From the NCBI RefSeq assembly GCF_001194135.2, contig NC_068986.1, forward strand, positions 34,798,615 to 34,862,614: DNA of 64,000 bases, written 5' to 3'. The translations under genes were made by a program, and so were the position numbers. This DNA comes from Octopus bimaculoides (Eukaryota). Shown piece by piece: positions 38,291 through 50,629 of this stretch (the first letter of the stretch is position 1; each line of letters begins with the position of its first letter). The notes under the pieces are model-generated. The model was not told the DNA's origin, did no database searches, and worked only from the letters and a program-made list of their open reading frames with translations.

Positions 38291-39409
38291 GTCTGTCTCC
38301 TTCTATTTCTCTGTCTCTCTCTCTCTTCCTCTCTCTCACCCTCTCACACACATACGTATGCACAATTCCCTCTTTCACGTCTCCTCCAAAACTTGACAAT
38401 TTGGAACAGTTTATTTCACATCAATCTACCACCAAAAGTATCTTGAAGCTTATTTCATTCGCCCTGAAGAAGAAAAAGAAAGAAAGAACGAAAGAAAGAA
38501 AGAGGAAGGAACAGAAATTTTCTGATAATAATTTCAACTTGGTAGGGCGGCAGCAGGAGGGGGTGGGATCTGTCAGTGACACCTCAGTTGATTGTTTTCT
38601 GCTATTGTCAAATTTTCCACAATAATTAACACTTGTTATGCCAGGTTTACCTCCTCCTCCTCCTCCCTCCATTAGCACCACCACCATCACCACCATCACC
38701 TATGTCATGTCTGCTCTCACCAAACTATTGCATNNNNNNNNNNCCCTCCATTAGCACCACCACCATCACCTATGTCATGTCTGCTCTCACCAAACTATTG
38801 CATTGATAAACTTGCCTTTGAAAAGAAAACCTTTCTTTCCTTGTCTTTTTTTTTGTTTTTCTTTTCCTTTCCTTTTTTGTTTTGTTTTGTCAACTTCCTT
38901 GTTGTTGTTGTAGCTGTTGTTATTTTTCTTTAGAAAGTATCTGCATTTAATTATTTATTCCACGTAATTTGTTTATTTATCACCTCACTGTACACTTTTT
39001 TTTTCCCTACACACATGCATACACACACATTACATATTACACATACATCTTTTTATACACACACCTCTGTACAGAAGAAAACACGCATACACAATAATAA
39101 CATACCAGCGACACATTCTGTCACACATTCACAGTGTGAAAACCATCAAGCACTTGCACATACACACAAGCACACACCTTCACTCACACAAGCACTCACA
39201 GGCACACACCTTCACTCACACCCCCACTCACGCACAGACGCATGCACACAAACATACACGGATATTACATCATGCATACATGCTGCAAACAAAGCTATGC
39301 AAATGTGCAGGCTTGATGTAACATGCTCTTACACTCTCCGCACATGCTCATCATATATGCGCATACATCACATTTCATAATATCGACACATATACTCAGA
39401 CCCTTTCAT

Positions 39410-39449
<40 letters not shown>

Positions 39450-40189
39450 CCCCCCTCTCTCAGTGAAAGTAACAAATCATTTGAAACTGTTTTGTCACAC
39501 ATAGCTCAATTGATAATTAGATTCACTATTACGGTTTAATATGAATCAGTCAGATTGTACAACATAACCTAATAGCTTTACTCTGTGTATGTGTGTATGT
39601 ATATATATATATATATATACCCTATACCATGTGTGAACATACACAGGACTAGCTTTCACTATGGTTCTTTTTCCTTTTTTTCTTTTTTTACTTGCTATTC
39701 TCTTGTCATTCTTCTGGTTACAGTCATTGAACTGCGACTATCTCCTATAGCCACTACCTTCGAAGGTTTTCTCTTTCTTTACCAGTTTTTTAGCCAACCA
39801 TATTGGACCCCGCCAGCTCCCTTTGTTCTTATTTCTGTGTAGTGTTTTAATCATCTTTGTTTATTGGAAGACTAAGTGTTGTCATCCTTTTGAAATAAAG
39901 GGGCACAACTGTACACACTACTTATACTCGATGGAGCATCTGGGTTGCTTTTTTCATTTAATTTATTTTTGTATTTTTTAATATTTTTTGCTATTCCTTG
40001 TCTTTTCTCTTCACTATTCTACTCAACATTCTTTTCCAAAGAAGGACAGTGTCTGAAACAATTAACTCTTTCCATGTCCCTGAGTATCAAACTTATGGTG
40101 TTGATGATGAACTGATACCAATGAAATTAGGTATAGATTCAAACTGCAGAAACTTATGTCTGTTTGTCTGATAGATCACTGACCACTAC

Positions 40190-40355
40190 ACACATTTTTA
40201 TTCTCTCCTTGTTTCTTTCTGTGTTCCTTTTTGTTGAAGAGCGTAGGCTCGAAATGTTAAAGACTTTCTCTATATTCTCGAGCGTTATACTAATACATCC
40301 ATTTGTTGTCTACACCACCTGTCTTCGTCTGTTGTTTTTTCGTGAATTTTCCCGA
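40190..40355 (+). mobile_element. Penelope-like element remnant with a minimal hammerhead-type motif
   Basis: CTTT-TTGTTGA-A-GAGC(GTAG)GCTC-GAA-ATGT-T-AAAG at 40227-40262, followed by TC-rich sequence abutting (TA)n. The PLE assignment is inferred from the motif layout. Confidence 0.55.
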
Positions 40356-40364
40356 TATATATAT

Positions 40365-40767
40365 AGGTGCAGGAATAGCTGTATGGTAAGAAGCTTGGTT
40401 CCCAACCACATGGTTACAGGTTCAGTCCCACTGCATGGCATCTTGGCCAAGTGTCTTCTGCTATAGGCTCAGGCTGACCAAAGCCTTGTGAATGGATTTG
40501 GTTGACGGAAGCTGTAAGAAGCCCATTGTATATTTCTCTGTGTGTGGTGTGTATGTATTTGTGTGTCTGTTTGCCCCCCATCCAATCGCTTGACAACCGA
40601 TGTTGGTGTGTTTACGTCTCCTTAACTTAGCAGTTCGGCAATAAGGACTGATAGAATAAGTACTAGGCTTACAAAGAATAAGTCCTAGGGTCGATTTGTT
40701 CGACTAAAGGGGCAGTGCTCCAGCATGGCTGCAGTTAAATAACTAAAACAAGTAAAAGAATGAAAGA

Positions 40768-40770
<3 letters not shown>
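40365..40770 (+). mobile_element. SINE family A, full length
   Basis: AGGTGCAGG head, GGTTCAGTCCC B-box, TG-rich middle and CTCCAGCATGGC..AAAAGAAT tail. Confidence 0.9.
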
Positions 40771-40829
<59 letters not shown>

Positions 40830-41037
40830 CATGTATTATATGTAATGTCTGTGTGTATATATGTGGACAAATATTTACATTTCTTGTTGACATCATGACT
40901 TAATGCCAACAACCAATGGAACAAAATATCCCATGGTAGACAGAGCATCCTGCTATGAAATGTTACCTCAAACAAATCTTCATCCCTGCATGCTAAAACC
41001 AATAAACATCATCACTACCACAACCTCAACAACCACC

Positions 41038-41240
41038 ATCATCATTATCATCTAATACCTGTATTCCATGCTGACATGGGTTGGATGGTTTAGCAGGAAC
41101 CGATAAACCAGAGGACTGGGACAGCACCATGTTCCACTGCCTGCTCTGGTATGGCTTTTACAGCTGGATGCCCTTCGTAATGCCGAACCACTTTACAGAG
41201 TGGACTGGGTGCTTTTTACATGGCGCCAGCACCAGCAAGA
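41038..41240 (-). mobile_element. Family D 3' end
   Basis: (CAT)n, CCATGCTGACATGGGTTGGATGG and CAGCTGGATGCCCTTC. Confidence 0.8.
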
Positions 41241-42089
41241 CAGGACAAACAAGTGTGTGCGTGTGTGAGCGCATATGGGTCAGCACTTGAAGTTCCATCC
41301 ATTTGCAGAGGAAACAAGTGCCAGGTTGAAATAAGTATTGAGATCAATACTTATTATTACCCCAGCAAGGTTGGTTGCAGCCTGTGTCACATTTGTCTTG
41401 GGAAATGGTTCTGTTTTGTGTTGTAAGTCTCTGTAAAATAAAACTGAATGTGAACAGGAGTCAATTCAACTTAATACCACCAATACCTTCACACACACAA
41501 ACACACACACAAATCAATGGTTTTGTGTTAATCTAAGAAATTATTATGTCCTTGTGAAAATTAGAATTGTCTATGTCCATCTACTCTGTTAATAGTTCCT
41601 TGTTTAGATTACATTAGAAATTGGTCTCAAAATGTCCGTTAGAGAGAGAGAGAGAGAGCAAAAAAAAAAAAAAAGAATTGCTACACCTACATACCAAAGT
41701 TCTCTGATGAAATATATCCACTTTTATAAGCTTGCAAGAACTCTGATTTTTTTTTTGATTCTTTTTCTTCTCCTATACATTCGTTTGTTTATTTAAACCT
41801 GAATACATAATAATACCGAAGTATTTTAGTTAGCAATAATGGCAGTTAATAAAAGAGGATGTTGAGAATATCTTTAGCTGCATCAGACTTAAATTGCATA
41901 TTAGTAGCGTAGTAATTACTTGTAGTAGCAAATTATTCAGCTAATATTACAAGTGGCTTTTTGGGGATAATGACTTGAAAAATAAGGAAATGCCACTTCA
42001 TCCATAATCTAAGTTCTGTTCAAGGAATACAGAAAGTAAGTTCATTGGTTGTATTTGTTACCATTTATGTACAGATGATGATGATAATG

Positions 42090-42126
<37 letters not shown>

Positions 42127-42445
42127 TGAAAGTTAATTCCAAATACGTCTATTTTCTCAAGCCCTATGTCAAGTCACTATTTATAGGATTTCAACCAGTT
42201 GAGGAACATGTTGTGATCATTGTTGTTTGTGAGGCTACATATATACTGTAGCAGCTAGTGCACTAATATGACCATCGGGTTCTTTTTGTTTGCTTTTNNN
42301 NNNNNNNNNNNNNNNNNNNNNNNNNNNNNNNNNNNNNNNNNNNNNNNNNNNNNNNNNNNNNNNNNNNNNNNNNNNNNNNNNNNNNNNNNNNNNNNNNNNN
42401 NNNNNNNNNNNNNNNNNNNNNNNNNNNNNNNNNNNNNNNNNNNNN

Positions 42446-42479
<34 letters not shown>

Positions 42480-43335
42480 GCCTATTTAATTACCTAAAAC
42501 CATTTTCTGTCTAAAAAATAAATAAATACATACATCACCACCAAAACAACAACAATAACAATGACAAAAAAAAAAAATCAACACCAAACTAGCTTGTTTT
42601 ATTAAAAGACCTACTTTCCATTCTTTAGGATTTTGTTTAAGTGACAAAACATCTCCACTAAGGATTTGTATTTACTCAGACTGGTTCACAGTAAGTGCTA
42701 GTGTGTTCGACTGGTCTTTACACTAGTAGAACTGTGTCTATAGACAGGATGTGGCTGGCTGTTTTCCGTCATCCAGCGGGGAGGCTTTAATCCACCATTC
42801 ATTGATCTAACAACCTATTACATCCCCTCACTCTCCTCCTAGTCCCCCCCTCCCCGGTTTCCCTACCCCCTCCCTCGCTCCAATCGTCATCTTGTACAGA
42901 AACAGTTTTGAGTGTACACATGATGGTGGTGGTGGTGGTCTTTTCAGTTTGTGAGAGATGTTTTGCACCTGTTTACCTAACCCTCTCTGCTGGCCTATCA
43001 ACAATAGCCCCACCACCACCACTGCCATCACCAATGACTTGTAGTTAGTTCCAGTCTTCTTTTAAAGCACACTACTACACAACACAGTTTGAGAGATTTC
43101 TGCAGTTGAGGAAAGAAGGAAAAAAAGAAAAAAAAAAGAAAAAGCCAAAAACAAACCCCTCTTACATTTGTTTTCTTCTTACACACTCTTGTTTTTCTTA
43201 TACATACATACATACATACATTCATTCATTCGTTCATTCAATTGTTCATTTGACTCCGCACTTGTGTGTGTGTGTGTGCATGCGGGAGAGTGGAAAGGTG
43301 TTGTATAGCCTACTGATTAGAAGAACCCTCTAGAA

Positions 43336-43405
<70 letters not shown>

Positions 43406-44059
43406 TTCAATGCCATATGCTAATAATGCAGCATTAAACTTCCATTCCAATGAATGTTATGAATCACAGGTAAATGTCTTTATTTGACAAAAGAAAAGCT
43501 TGTGTATATATGTGCACATGCACACGTGTGTGTTTGTGTGTGTGTGCAAAATATAGCATGAATCAGAAGTATTGAAATTAATTTTAAATATTTGAAAGCC
43601 TCAGCTGTGATAATGAACTACATAAGGATATATACACATTCCTTATACACTTTCAATGTACAGAGAAAAAGAGCGGGGGAGCATATATAGATGTGTGTGT
43701 GGAGGTCAATACGTGTGTATGGATATGTATTTATCTATGTAAATATATGTCAATAAGTGCATACATATATGCATATGTATGTACGTACCCCCACACACAC
43801 ATATACAATTGATGAAACCATAACAAGTATTATTTTTTTTTTTCTGTTTCTCTTTAATCTACTTCATCGAATTTGTTTTTCTATTATCATTCTCTTTAAA
43901 TCATTTTTGACGACGGGAGATATTTTTACCTTAAAACCAAAAATTCTTATGTTGTCTTTATGATCCCTTAGCTACCATTTTCCATGTGTGTATATCACAT
44001 ATACAATTGAAATGGTGTGTGTGATTATTTGTTTGAAATCTTTTTTTTTTTTTCCATGG

Positions 44060-44270
44060 CTAGGCATGGCTTAGGATGGGAGTAAATTTTGAGACAAAGT
44101 TTTTTTATGGTTGGATACATTTCCTGTCACCAGCATTTACCTGTTTTGCAAGTTGGGAATTTTTTTTATTCTAGAGTAATTTGAAAACGCAGAGCTAGTT
44201 TGTTGACAGGAAATGTCAATGAACCTCACTGGTTACTACTTAATCACAAAGAATGGTGTCACTATCCATA
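44060..44270 (-). mobile_element. Family D2 fragment
   Basis: GGATACATTTCCTGTCACCAGC core like 7490 and the reverse of 51190. Confidence 0.55.
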
Positions 44271-44635
44271 TCTGCAGCTCAGTCTAATTTTTTTTTTGTG
44301 CATACAGAAATGCACTTGTGCACATACATGTCTCACAGGCACACACACACTCACACATACACATGCAACAAGATTCTTTCAGCTTATTGGTTGACACTAG
44401 AAAGATACTTTCTGAAGGCACTGCACTAAGGATTTGAACTCCACCAAACTACATGATAGAAAAACAAACTTAAAACCACACATGCACATGTCTGTGCATG
44501 CATGCACACACACGCACGTGTACACATATACACACACTATTGTGTTCATTTGCCTTTTCTGGAATCAGGGTTGGTGGGGGAGGGGTCTCTTCAATTTTGT
44601 ATTCAAAAGGAGAAATACAATGTATCTCATAATTA

Positions 44636-44828
44636 TTAGTTTCAAATTTTGATACAAGGCCAGCAATTTCGGAGGAATGGGGTTAATTGATTACATTGAC
44701 CCCAGTGCCCAAAAGGATGATGGGAAAAGTCGACCTTGCTGGAATTTGAACTCAGAATGTAACGACAAATGAAATGCTGCTAAGCATTTTGCTTGGTGTG
44801 TGAACACTTCTGCCAGCTCGCTGTCACC
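44636..44828 (-). mobile_element. SINE family B
   Basis: AAGGCCAGCAATTTC..GGAATTTGAACTCAGAATG..CTGCCAGCTCG. Confidence 0.85.
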
Positions 44829-44874
44829 AATGTATACCATAATTATTAATTACTACTGAGTTGAGATGGCACAA

Positions 44875-45030
44875 AGCTCAACCTTGCCTTTCATATTTTT
44901 GACGGTGGTGGTGGTGGTGGTCACAGTTATGGTAGGGGTCGATGAAATAAGCACAAGCTGTGCACCAGGGTTGATGTAATTGACTTGCCCCTCCCCTCAA
45001 ACTTGTTGGCCTTGTGCCAAATATTTAATA
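44875..45030 (+). mobile_element. SINE B 3' half with inserted (GGT)n
   Basis: CCTTGCCTTTCAT..GGGGTCGATGAAATAAG..GGCCTTGTGCC. Confidence 0.75.
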
Positions 45031-45599
45031 AAATAATTATTAGCTCTTCCTCCTCTTAAAACTACTACTACTATCACCACCACCATTACCACCACAGTTC
45101 CACAGCTAACTGGAGAGCTGGAAATTAGCAAAACACTTTTACATTACTGCAAGAAGAAAAAAAAAAAAAAAAATGGTGGATGCCATATTTGTTGTACCAG
45201 TTCTGCCAGACTGCATCTACCTGATATTATTGGAGGCAATGGTTGGCTATAACCATCAATGGCTCCCATACTTTTCTTTGTCTTCTATTTCATTTTATTC
45301 ATTTATTTATTTATTTATTGCATATTTCCCCCCCTTGTAACAGTAGTAACAATATATGTATGTATGTATTTTTCAGAATTGCAAATTTTATTTCTTTAGC
45401 ATTGTATTAAAAAGGGGGGAAAAAAATGCTGGCAGTTCTTTAGAGAATAAGTTTTATTGATATCAAACATTTCTCCTTCTGACTCCTCAGCTATATTCAA
45501 CAATGAACTCTGTCACTTGACTTGGACTCTTTTGCTAAATAATATATCCTCTCTATATTATTTACTGATACTTCTTCTCTATCCTCTAATCTAATATGG

Positions 45600-45679
<80 letters not shown>

Positions 45680-46267
45680 TCTATCTATCTATCTATCTAT
45701 CTATCTCTCCTACTTGTTACTTTATCATATTGCCTATTGTGTGATTAGTGCGGTGTGTGTGTGTGTGTGCGCACGCATGCGTGGGCACACTCGTCTATGT
45801 ATGTATGTATATTGTGTGTATGTATGTATATATATGTGTGCGTGTATGGGGGCGGATTTCTGCCTGTGTATATAATTCAATAAAATACTCACACATTCAC
45901 ATAAGTGATTCAGTGAACTGTTTTTTTTTTATTTATTTATTTGTTATGTTTGATTTTTTTTCTCTGTCTAAATTGGATTTGATATATAAACAGACAGACA
46001 AATATGCCTAAGCCATAATATACCACACGTGGGTGTGCAAAAGAAAGGAATGGCAGTTTTAGTTGTTGGAGACAGTGGGGGGAGATGACAAATTTTTACA
46101 GACAATTCTTCCCCCTCCCGCTCAGTTTGGTTTCGCAATAATTGGTGGTGGTGATGATGATGAATAAAATACAAATGTTTAACCGTTCTTCGTTACCTCA
46201 AATCAGTAATTTTCAAACAATCGGCGCAAAACCTCCCCCACTTTCTTTCCCTCTTTAATGATGGTTT

Positions 46268-46487
46268 AATGGTTTCAAATTTTGGCATAAGGCCAGCAAG
46301 TTTCAGAGAAGGAACCTCATTGATTACATCAACCCTAGTGTTTAACTGGTGCTTATTTTATCGACCCCAAACGGATGAAAAACAAAGTGAACCCTGGTGG
46401 AACTTGAACTCAGAACATAAAGACTGATTTAAAGCTACTAAGCATTTTGCCCTGTGTGCTAGCAATATTGCCAGCTCGCCATCTTGC
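46268..46487 (-). mobile_element. SINE family B
   Basis: Complete reverse-complement head, B-box, core and tail. Confidence 0.85.
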
Positions 46488-48388
46488 TTTCCATCTTTAA
46501 TAATGAGAAGAAACGATAGTCTTCATCCATATAACTCTATCTTTGCTGTTGGACAAGTTTTAAGAAGTATCTAATTTTATTAAACATGGTAATTCCACTC
46601 CCACTCACTTCCTTTCATACCCCCATGGGGCTCTACATGGTTCTGTGAGAAACACCTCTCTAAATACTCGTTAATTTTATTTAATTTTTAAAAATGAAGA
46701 TAGATACAGTGGTATAATATCGTCTCTCGATAGCATTACAAACTACAAAATAGTTGCCTACTTTCTTGTTTGTGCGCATATTGTTTGCTGTATTAAATGA
46801 CATTTAATTACAGGAAACAACACTGTCATGTGTGTGTGTGTGTGTATGTAATATTAATTAATAAATGACAAAAGAACAGGCATTTCATAATTACATTTAT
46901 TAGCTTACAGCTGTTTCTGCTGCAAGGAACACTGCACCCAATATTGAATGTCAGAGTGACTTCATCATGGTCCTTAATGATGTATCTTTATTAAGAAAAG
47001 CATTTAGATATATAGATATACACATCATACTTATATATATATATATATATATATATANNNNNNNNNNNNNNNNNNNNNNNNNNNNNNNNNNNNNNNNNNN
47101 NNNNNNNNNNNNNNNNNNNNNNNNNNNNNNNNNNNNNNNNNNNNNNNNNNNNNNNNNNNNNNNNNNNNNNNNNNNNNNNNNNNNNNNNNNNNNNNNNNNN
47201 NNNNNNNNNNNNNNNNNNNNNNNNNNNNNNNNNNNNNNNNNNNNNNNNNNNNNNNNNNNNNNNNNNNNNNNNNNNNNNNNNNNNNNNNNNNNNNNNNNNN
47301 NNNNNNNNNNNNNNNNNNNNNNNNNNNNNNNNNNNNNNNNNNNNNNNNNNNNNNNNNNNNNNNNNNNNNNNNNNNNNNNNNNNNNNNNNNNNNNNNNNNN
47401 NNNNNNNNNNNNNNNNNNNNNNNNNNNNNNNNNNNNNNNNNNNNNNNNNNNNNNNNNNNNNNNNNNNNNNNNNNNNNNNNNNNNNNNNNNNNNNNNNNNN
47501 NNNNNNNNNNNNNNNNNNNNNNNNNNNNNNNNNNNNNNNNNNNNNNNNNNNNNNNNNNNNNNNNNNNNNNNNNNNNNNNNNNNNNNNNNNNNNNNNNNNN
47601 NNNNNNNNNNNNNNNNNNNNNNNNNNNNNNNNNNNNNNNNNNNNNNNNNNNNNNNNNNNNNNNNNNNNNNNNNNNNNNNNNNNNNNNNNNNNNNNNNNNN
47701 NNNNNTTCTTATTTTAATTTATTATTATTTTTTTTCTTCTTTAACATGTGATAAAGAATGTCTGTGATATCTGGATATGTGTTTGTATAAGTAAAATTTA
47801 ACACATGTTTTGTTTAAGAAAAGAAAACATGGGGGAAAAAAATTATGAAAAATATATTAAAAAAAAAAAAACTAGAAATAAAAACGTAGCTATCCTTGAC
47901 CGAAAACACTTGCCTACCCCCCCCCCCATACATACATGCATATACACACGCACACATATAAGATCTACTTTGAATTTAAATCGTTATTAATATCTTAAAA
48001 GTTGCTCTGTTTTAATTAACTCTTCTGTATGACTTGTTAAACTGAAAATTCTAAACTCTGCGTGACATTTTATACTTCATTTCTTTTTACTCTTGAGATT
48101 TTCAAAATCTTACAAATTACATGCTCCATGAAGATATTTCCAACCGTTTTTAATATATATAAAGGCGTTTGCCTTTAAATGTGCAATAATTTCTTGTTTA
48201 GTTCTCTCGTTTTATGTATTTCAATGTATTTTTTTCAGTGTATTGCCTTTTTTATTTTTGTTTGGAGGTGGGAAGGGGTAGTTTTTTGTTTTGTTTCTCT
48301 ACAGTTACTGTGGCTTGTTTACCACATCTGATCTTATATGTTATTCGCTGTCCAACATTCACTAACCAATTCTTTTCGTTTCTTTCAG

Positions 48389-48509
48389 GGGGGTAAGATG
48401 TCAATGGTCCAGCCGCCACTGGCCAGCCTCATGATGTATAATAATGATTACAGTCAACCTCCTCCAGCTCATATGGGAATTCCACCTGTACATATCGATC
48501 CAAAAACAG
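48389..48509 (+). CDS. TCF: Internal coding exon of TCF/LEF (pangolin), context-dependent regulatory domain
   Basis: Polypyrimidine tract plus TTTCAG acceptor (AG 48387-48388) and ACAG|GTAAAC donor (GT 48510). 121 nt, phase 0 to phase 1. The peptide aligns with human TCF7L2 [45 protein letters not shown], including the DPKTG motif split at the same codon. Confidence 0.93.
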
Positions 48510-48590
48510 GTAAACAATCTACTACTTTTTTTTTTATTAATCATAAAGCAATGCTTTATCATTCTTCTTACTTTTCTCACTGATGTATAT

Positions 48591-48937
48591 TTGTTGGCAC
48601 TCCGTCGCTTACAACGTCGAGGGTTTCCAGTTGATCCGATCAACAGAACAGCCTGCTCGTGAAATTGACATGCAAATGGCTGGGCACTCCACAGACACGT
48701 GTACCCTTAACGTAGTTCTCGGGGATATTTAGCGTGACACAGTGTGACAAGGCTGACCCTTTGAATTACAGGCACAACAAAAACAGCAAGTAAGAGTGAG
48801 AGAAAGATGTGGTGAAAGAGTACAGCAGGGTTCGCCACCATCCCCTGCCGGAGCCTCATGGAGCTTTAGGTGTTTTCGCTCAATAAACACTCACAATGCC
48901 CGGTCTGGGAATCGAAACCACAATCCTATGACCGCAA
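48591..48937 (-). mobile_element. Young SINE C, 82 nt downstream of the TCF donor (head end in a gap)
   Basis: Reverse of 25979-26325 and near-identical to 33380-33606. Confidence 0.92.
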
Positions 48938-49208
48938 NNNNNNNNNNNNNNNNNNNNNNNNNNNNNNNNNNNNNNNNNNNNNNNNNNNNNNNNNNNNNNN
49001 NNNNNNNNNNNNNNNNNNNNNNNNNNNNNNNNNNNNNNNNNNNNNNNNNNNNNNNNNNNNNNNNNNNNNNNNNNNNNNNNNNNNNNNNNNNNNNNNNNNN
49101 NNNNNNNNNNNNNNNNNNNNNNNNNNNNNNNNNNNNNNNNNNNNNNNNNNNNNNNNNNNNNNNNNNNNNNNNNNNNNNNNNNNNNNNNNNNNNNNNNNNN
49201 NNNNNNNN

Positions 49209-49234
<26 letters not shown>

Positions 49235-49240
<6 letters not shown>

Positions 49241-49390
49241 GAGGGTTTCCATACTGCTTATGTCTACTGAATTCCATTTATGAGGAACGATTAACTTGAA
49301 GCTGTGGTGAAAGTCACTGGCCCAAGATACCATACTGTGGGATCAAACCCAGAATCACATGGTCATGAAGCAAAATTCCATGCCTGTATC
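49235..49390 (-). mobile_element. Old SINE A head
   Basis: GGCCCAAGATACC..GGATCAAACCCAGAATCACATGG. Confidence 0.6.
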
Positions 49391-50207
49391 CATGTGTCTC
49401 CCTGTTACTAAAATGAATCCTTTTTTTCTCGGCTCTCCATATTTTGTTCCTTTTTTTATTCATTTACATATTGGCATGAATGTCAGTGTGCTATAGAATG
49501 TTTAACTTGGCACATATGTTGTCTTGACAAACATCATTATATGTATATGAATTGTAAAACATTTAGAAGTGTTTTTGTGAATGATTGTGTGTCTATATGT
49601 GTGGCTGAATGCCCTTCATATTACCAGGAAGTAAGTATAATATACACCCTAATACATCTAAAGCTTAACATATCTAATTGAGATCATAGCATTGTTTTCA
49701 CTAGACCAGCCCCTTAACTTGATCTTCACAGCCACTGTCCTTGTTAAATTAAATAGTATTTCATTGATAAATATTTGTTCCAGTACAAACCACTTTATGG
49801 AAGATATAACTGCTTTTTTTTTCTCATAAAACAAGCTGGGGAAAATAGAGCTACAGTATATCCTGTCTTAAAACACATTATTATGTTTAGCTACTGACAC
49901 TAGTTTCTTAATGTCAGTCTAAGATAAAATACTGTATTAGCCAAGCAGTATTTTATTAATTTATTCCATATCATTGCAGAGCTATTACCAATAATATGGT
50001 TTTATAAAGAGCAATGGATTAGTGGGGTGCATGAGGTGCGTTGACCACACAGGGAGGTGACTTATTTTATTGCGGGGGCAGCTAATTCAGCTACTGCATA
50101 GAATGACCAAAACCTACACTATATCACAAGAATAAACATAGCTTGTTCAGTTGCTGTTAGTTTCTACTATAAATTGTTTAAATATCTATTGTTTTTAAAT
50201 CACCTCT

Positions 50208-50430
50208 AGTGAAGGCATGTAGTCTTGTGGTTGGTCTGTTGTAATCACAATTGTTAGATTATGATTTTGATTCATGGACCAGGCTGTACATTATGTTCTT
50301 GGAGACAACACTTAATTTCGCCTTGCTCCAGTCCACTCGGCTGTGAGTAACCTTGCAACAGATCAAGATCCCTTTCGGAGGGGCTGTTGTGATCTCAGTC
50401 ACTTGTACACCTAAGGCTCAAGACAGAACT
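50208..50430 (+). mobile_element. Old CORE-like SINE
   Basis: GTGAAGGCATG head like 5320, and TTGCTCCAGTCCACTCGGCTG like 59875. Confidence 0.55.
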
Positions 50431-50629
50431 AACAATTATGAAATCTCCTACTTGTGGAAATATATTACCGGACTGATTTTACCATTCCTGTCACAGCAAT
50501 GAAAAATCTGGCATTGACATTATTAGAACAAGGATATGTGAAGCAGCAGATAAGAAGGAGCTCAATCATTATCCACTTTAGAGAGTATACTGAATGTTTG
50601 GTATAGTGGCACTTATACAGGATTTTCTA

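Larger units (their letters stand above)
1..48388 (+). other. TCF: Very large TCF intron upstream of the GGKMSMV exon
   Basis: No TCF N-terminal coding sequence recognised; only TEs, microsatellites and unique non-coding DNA. An exon could be hidden in one of the N gaps. Confidence 0.65.

Noticed and set aside
38666-38803. Duplication of about 60 bp around a 10-N gap, differing by one CACCAT unit
   Set aside because: Most likely two haplotypes of a heterozygous indel placed in tandem. The same pattern occurs at about 19300-19420 and 32710-32815.
48338-48388. N-terminal part (MLFAVQ..FFQ) and C-terminal tail of ORF 48338-48583
   Set aside because: Intronic read-through around the real exon; the splice signals delimit 48389-48509.
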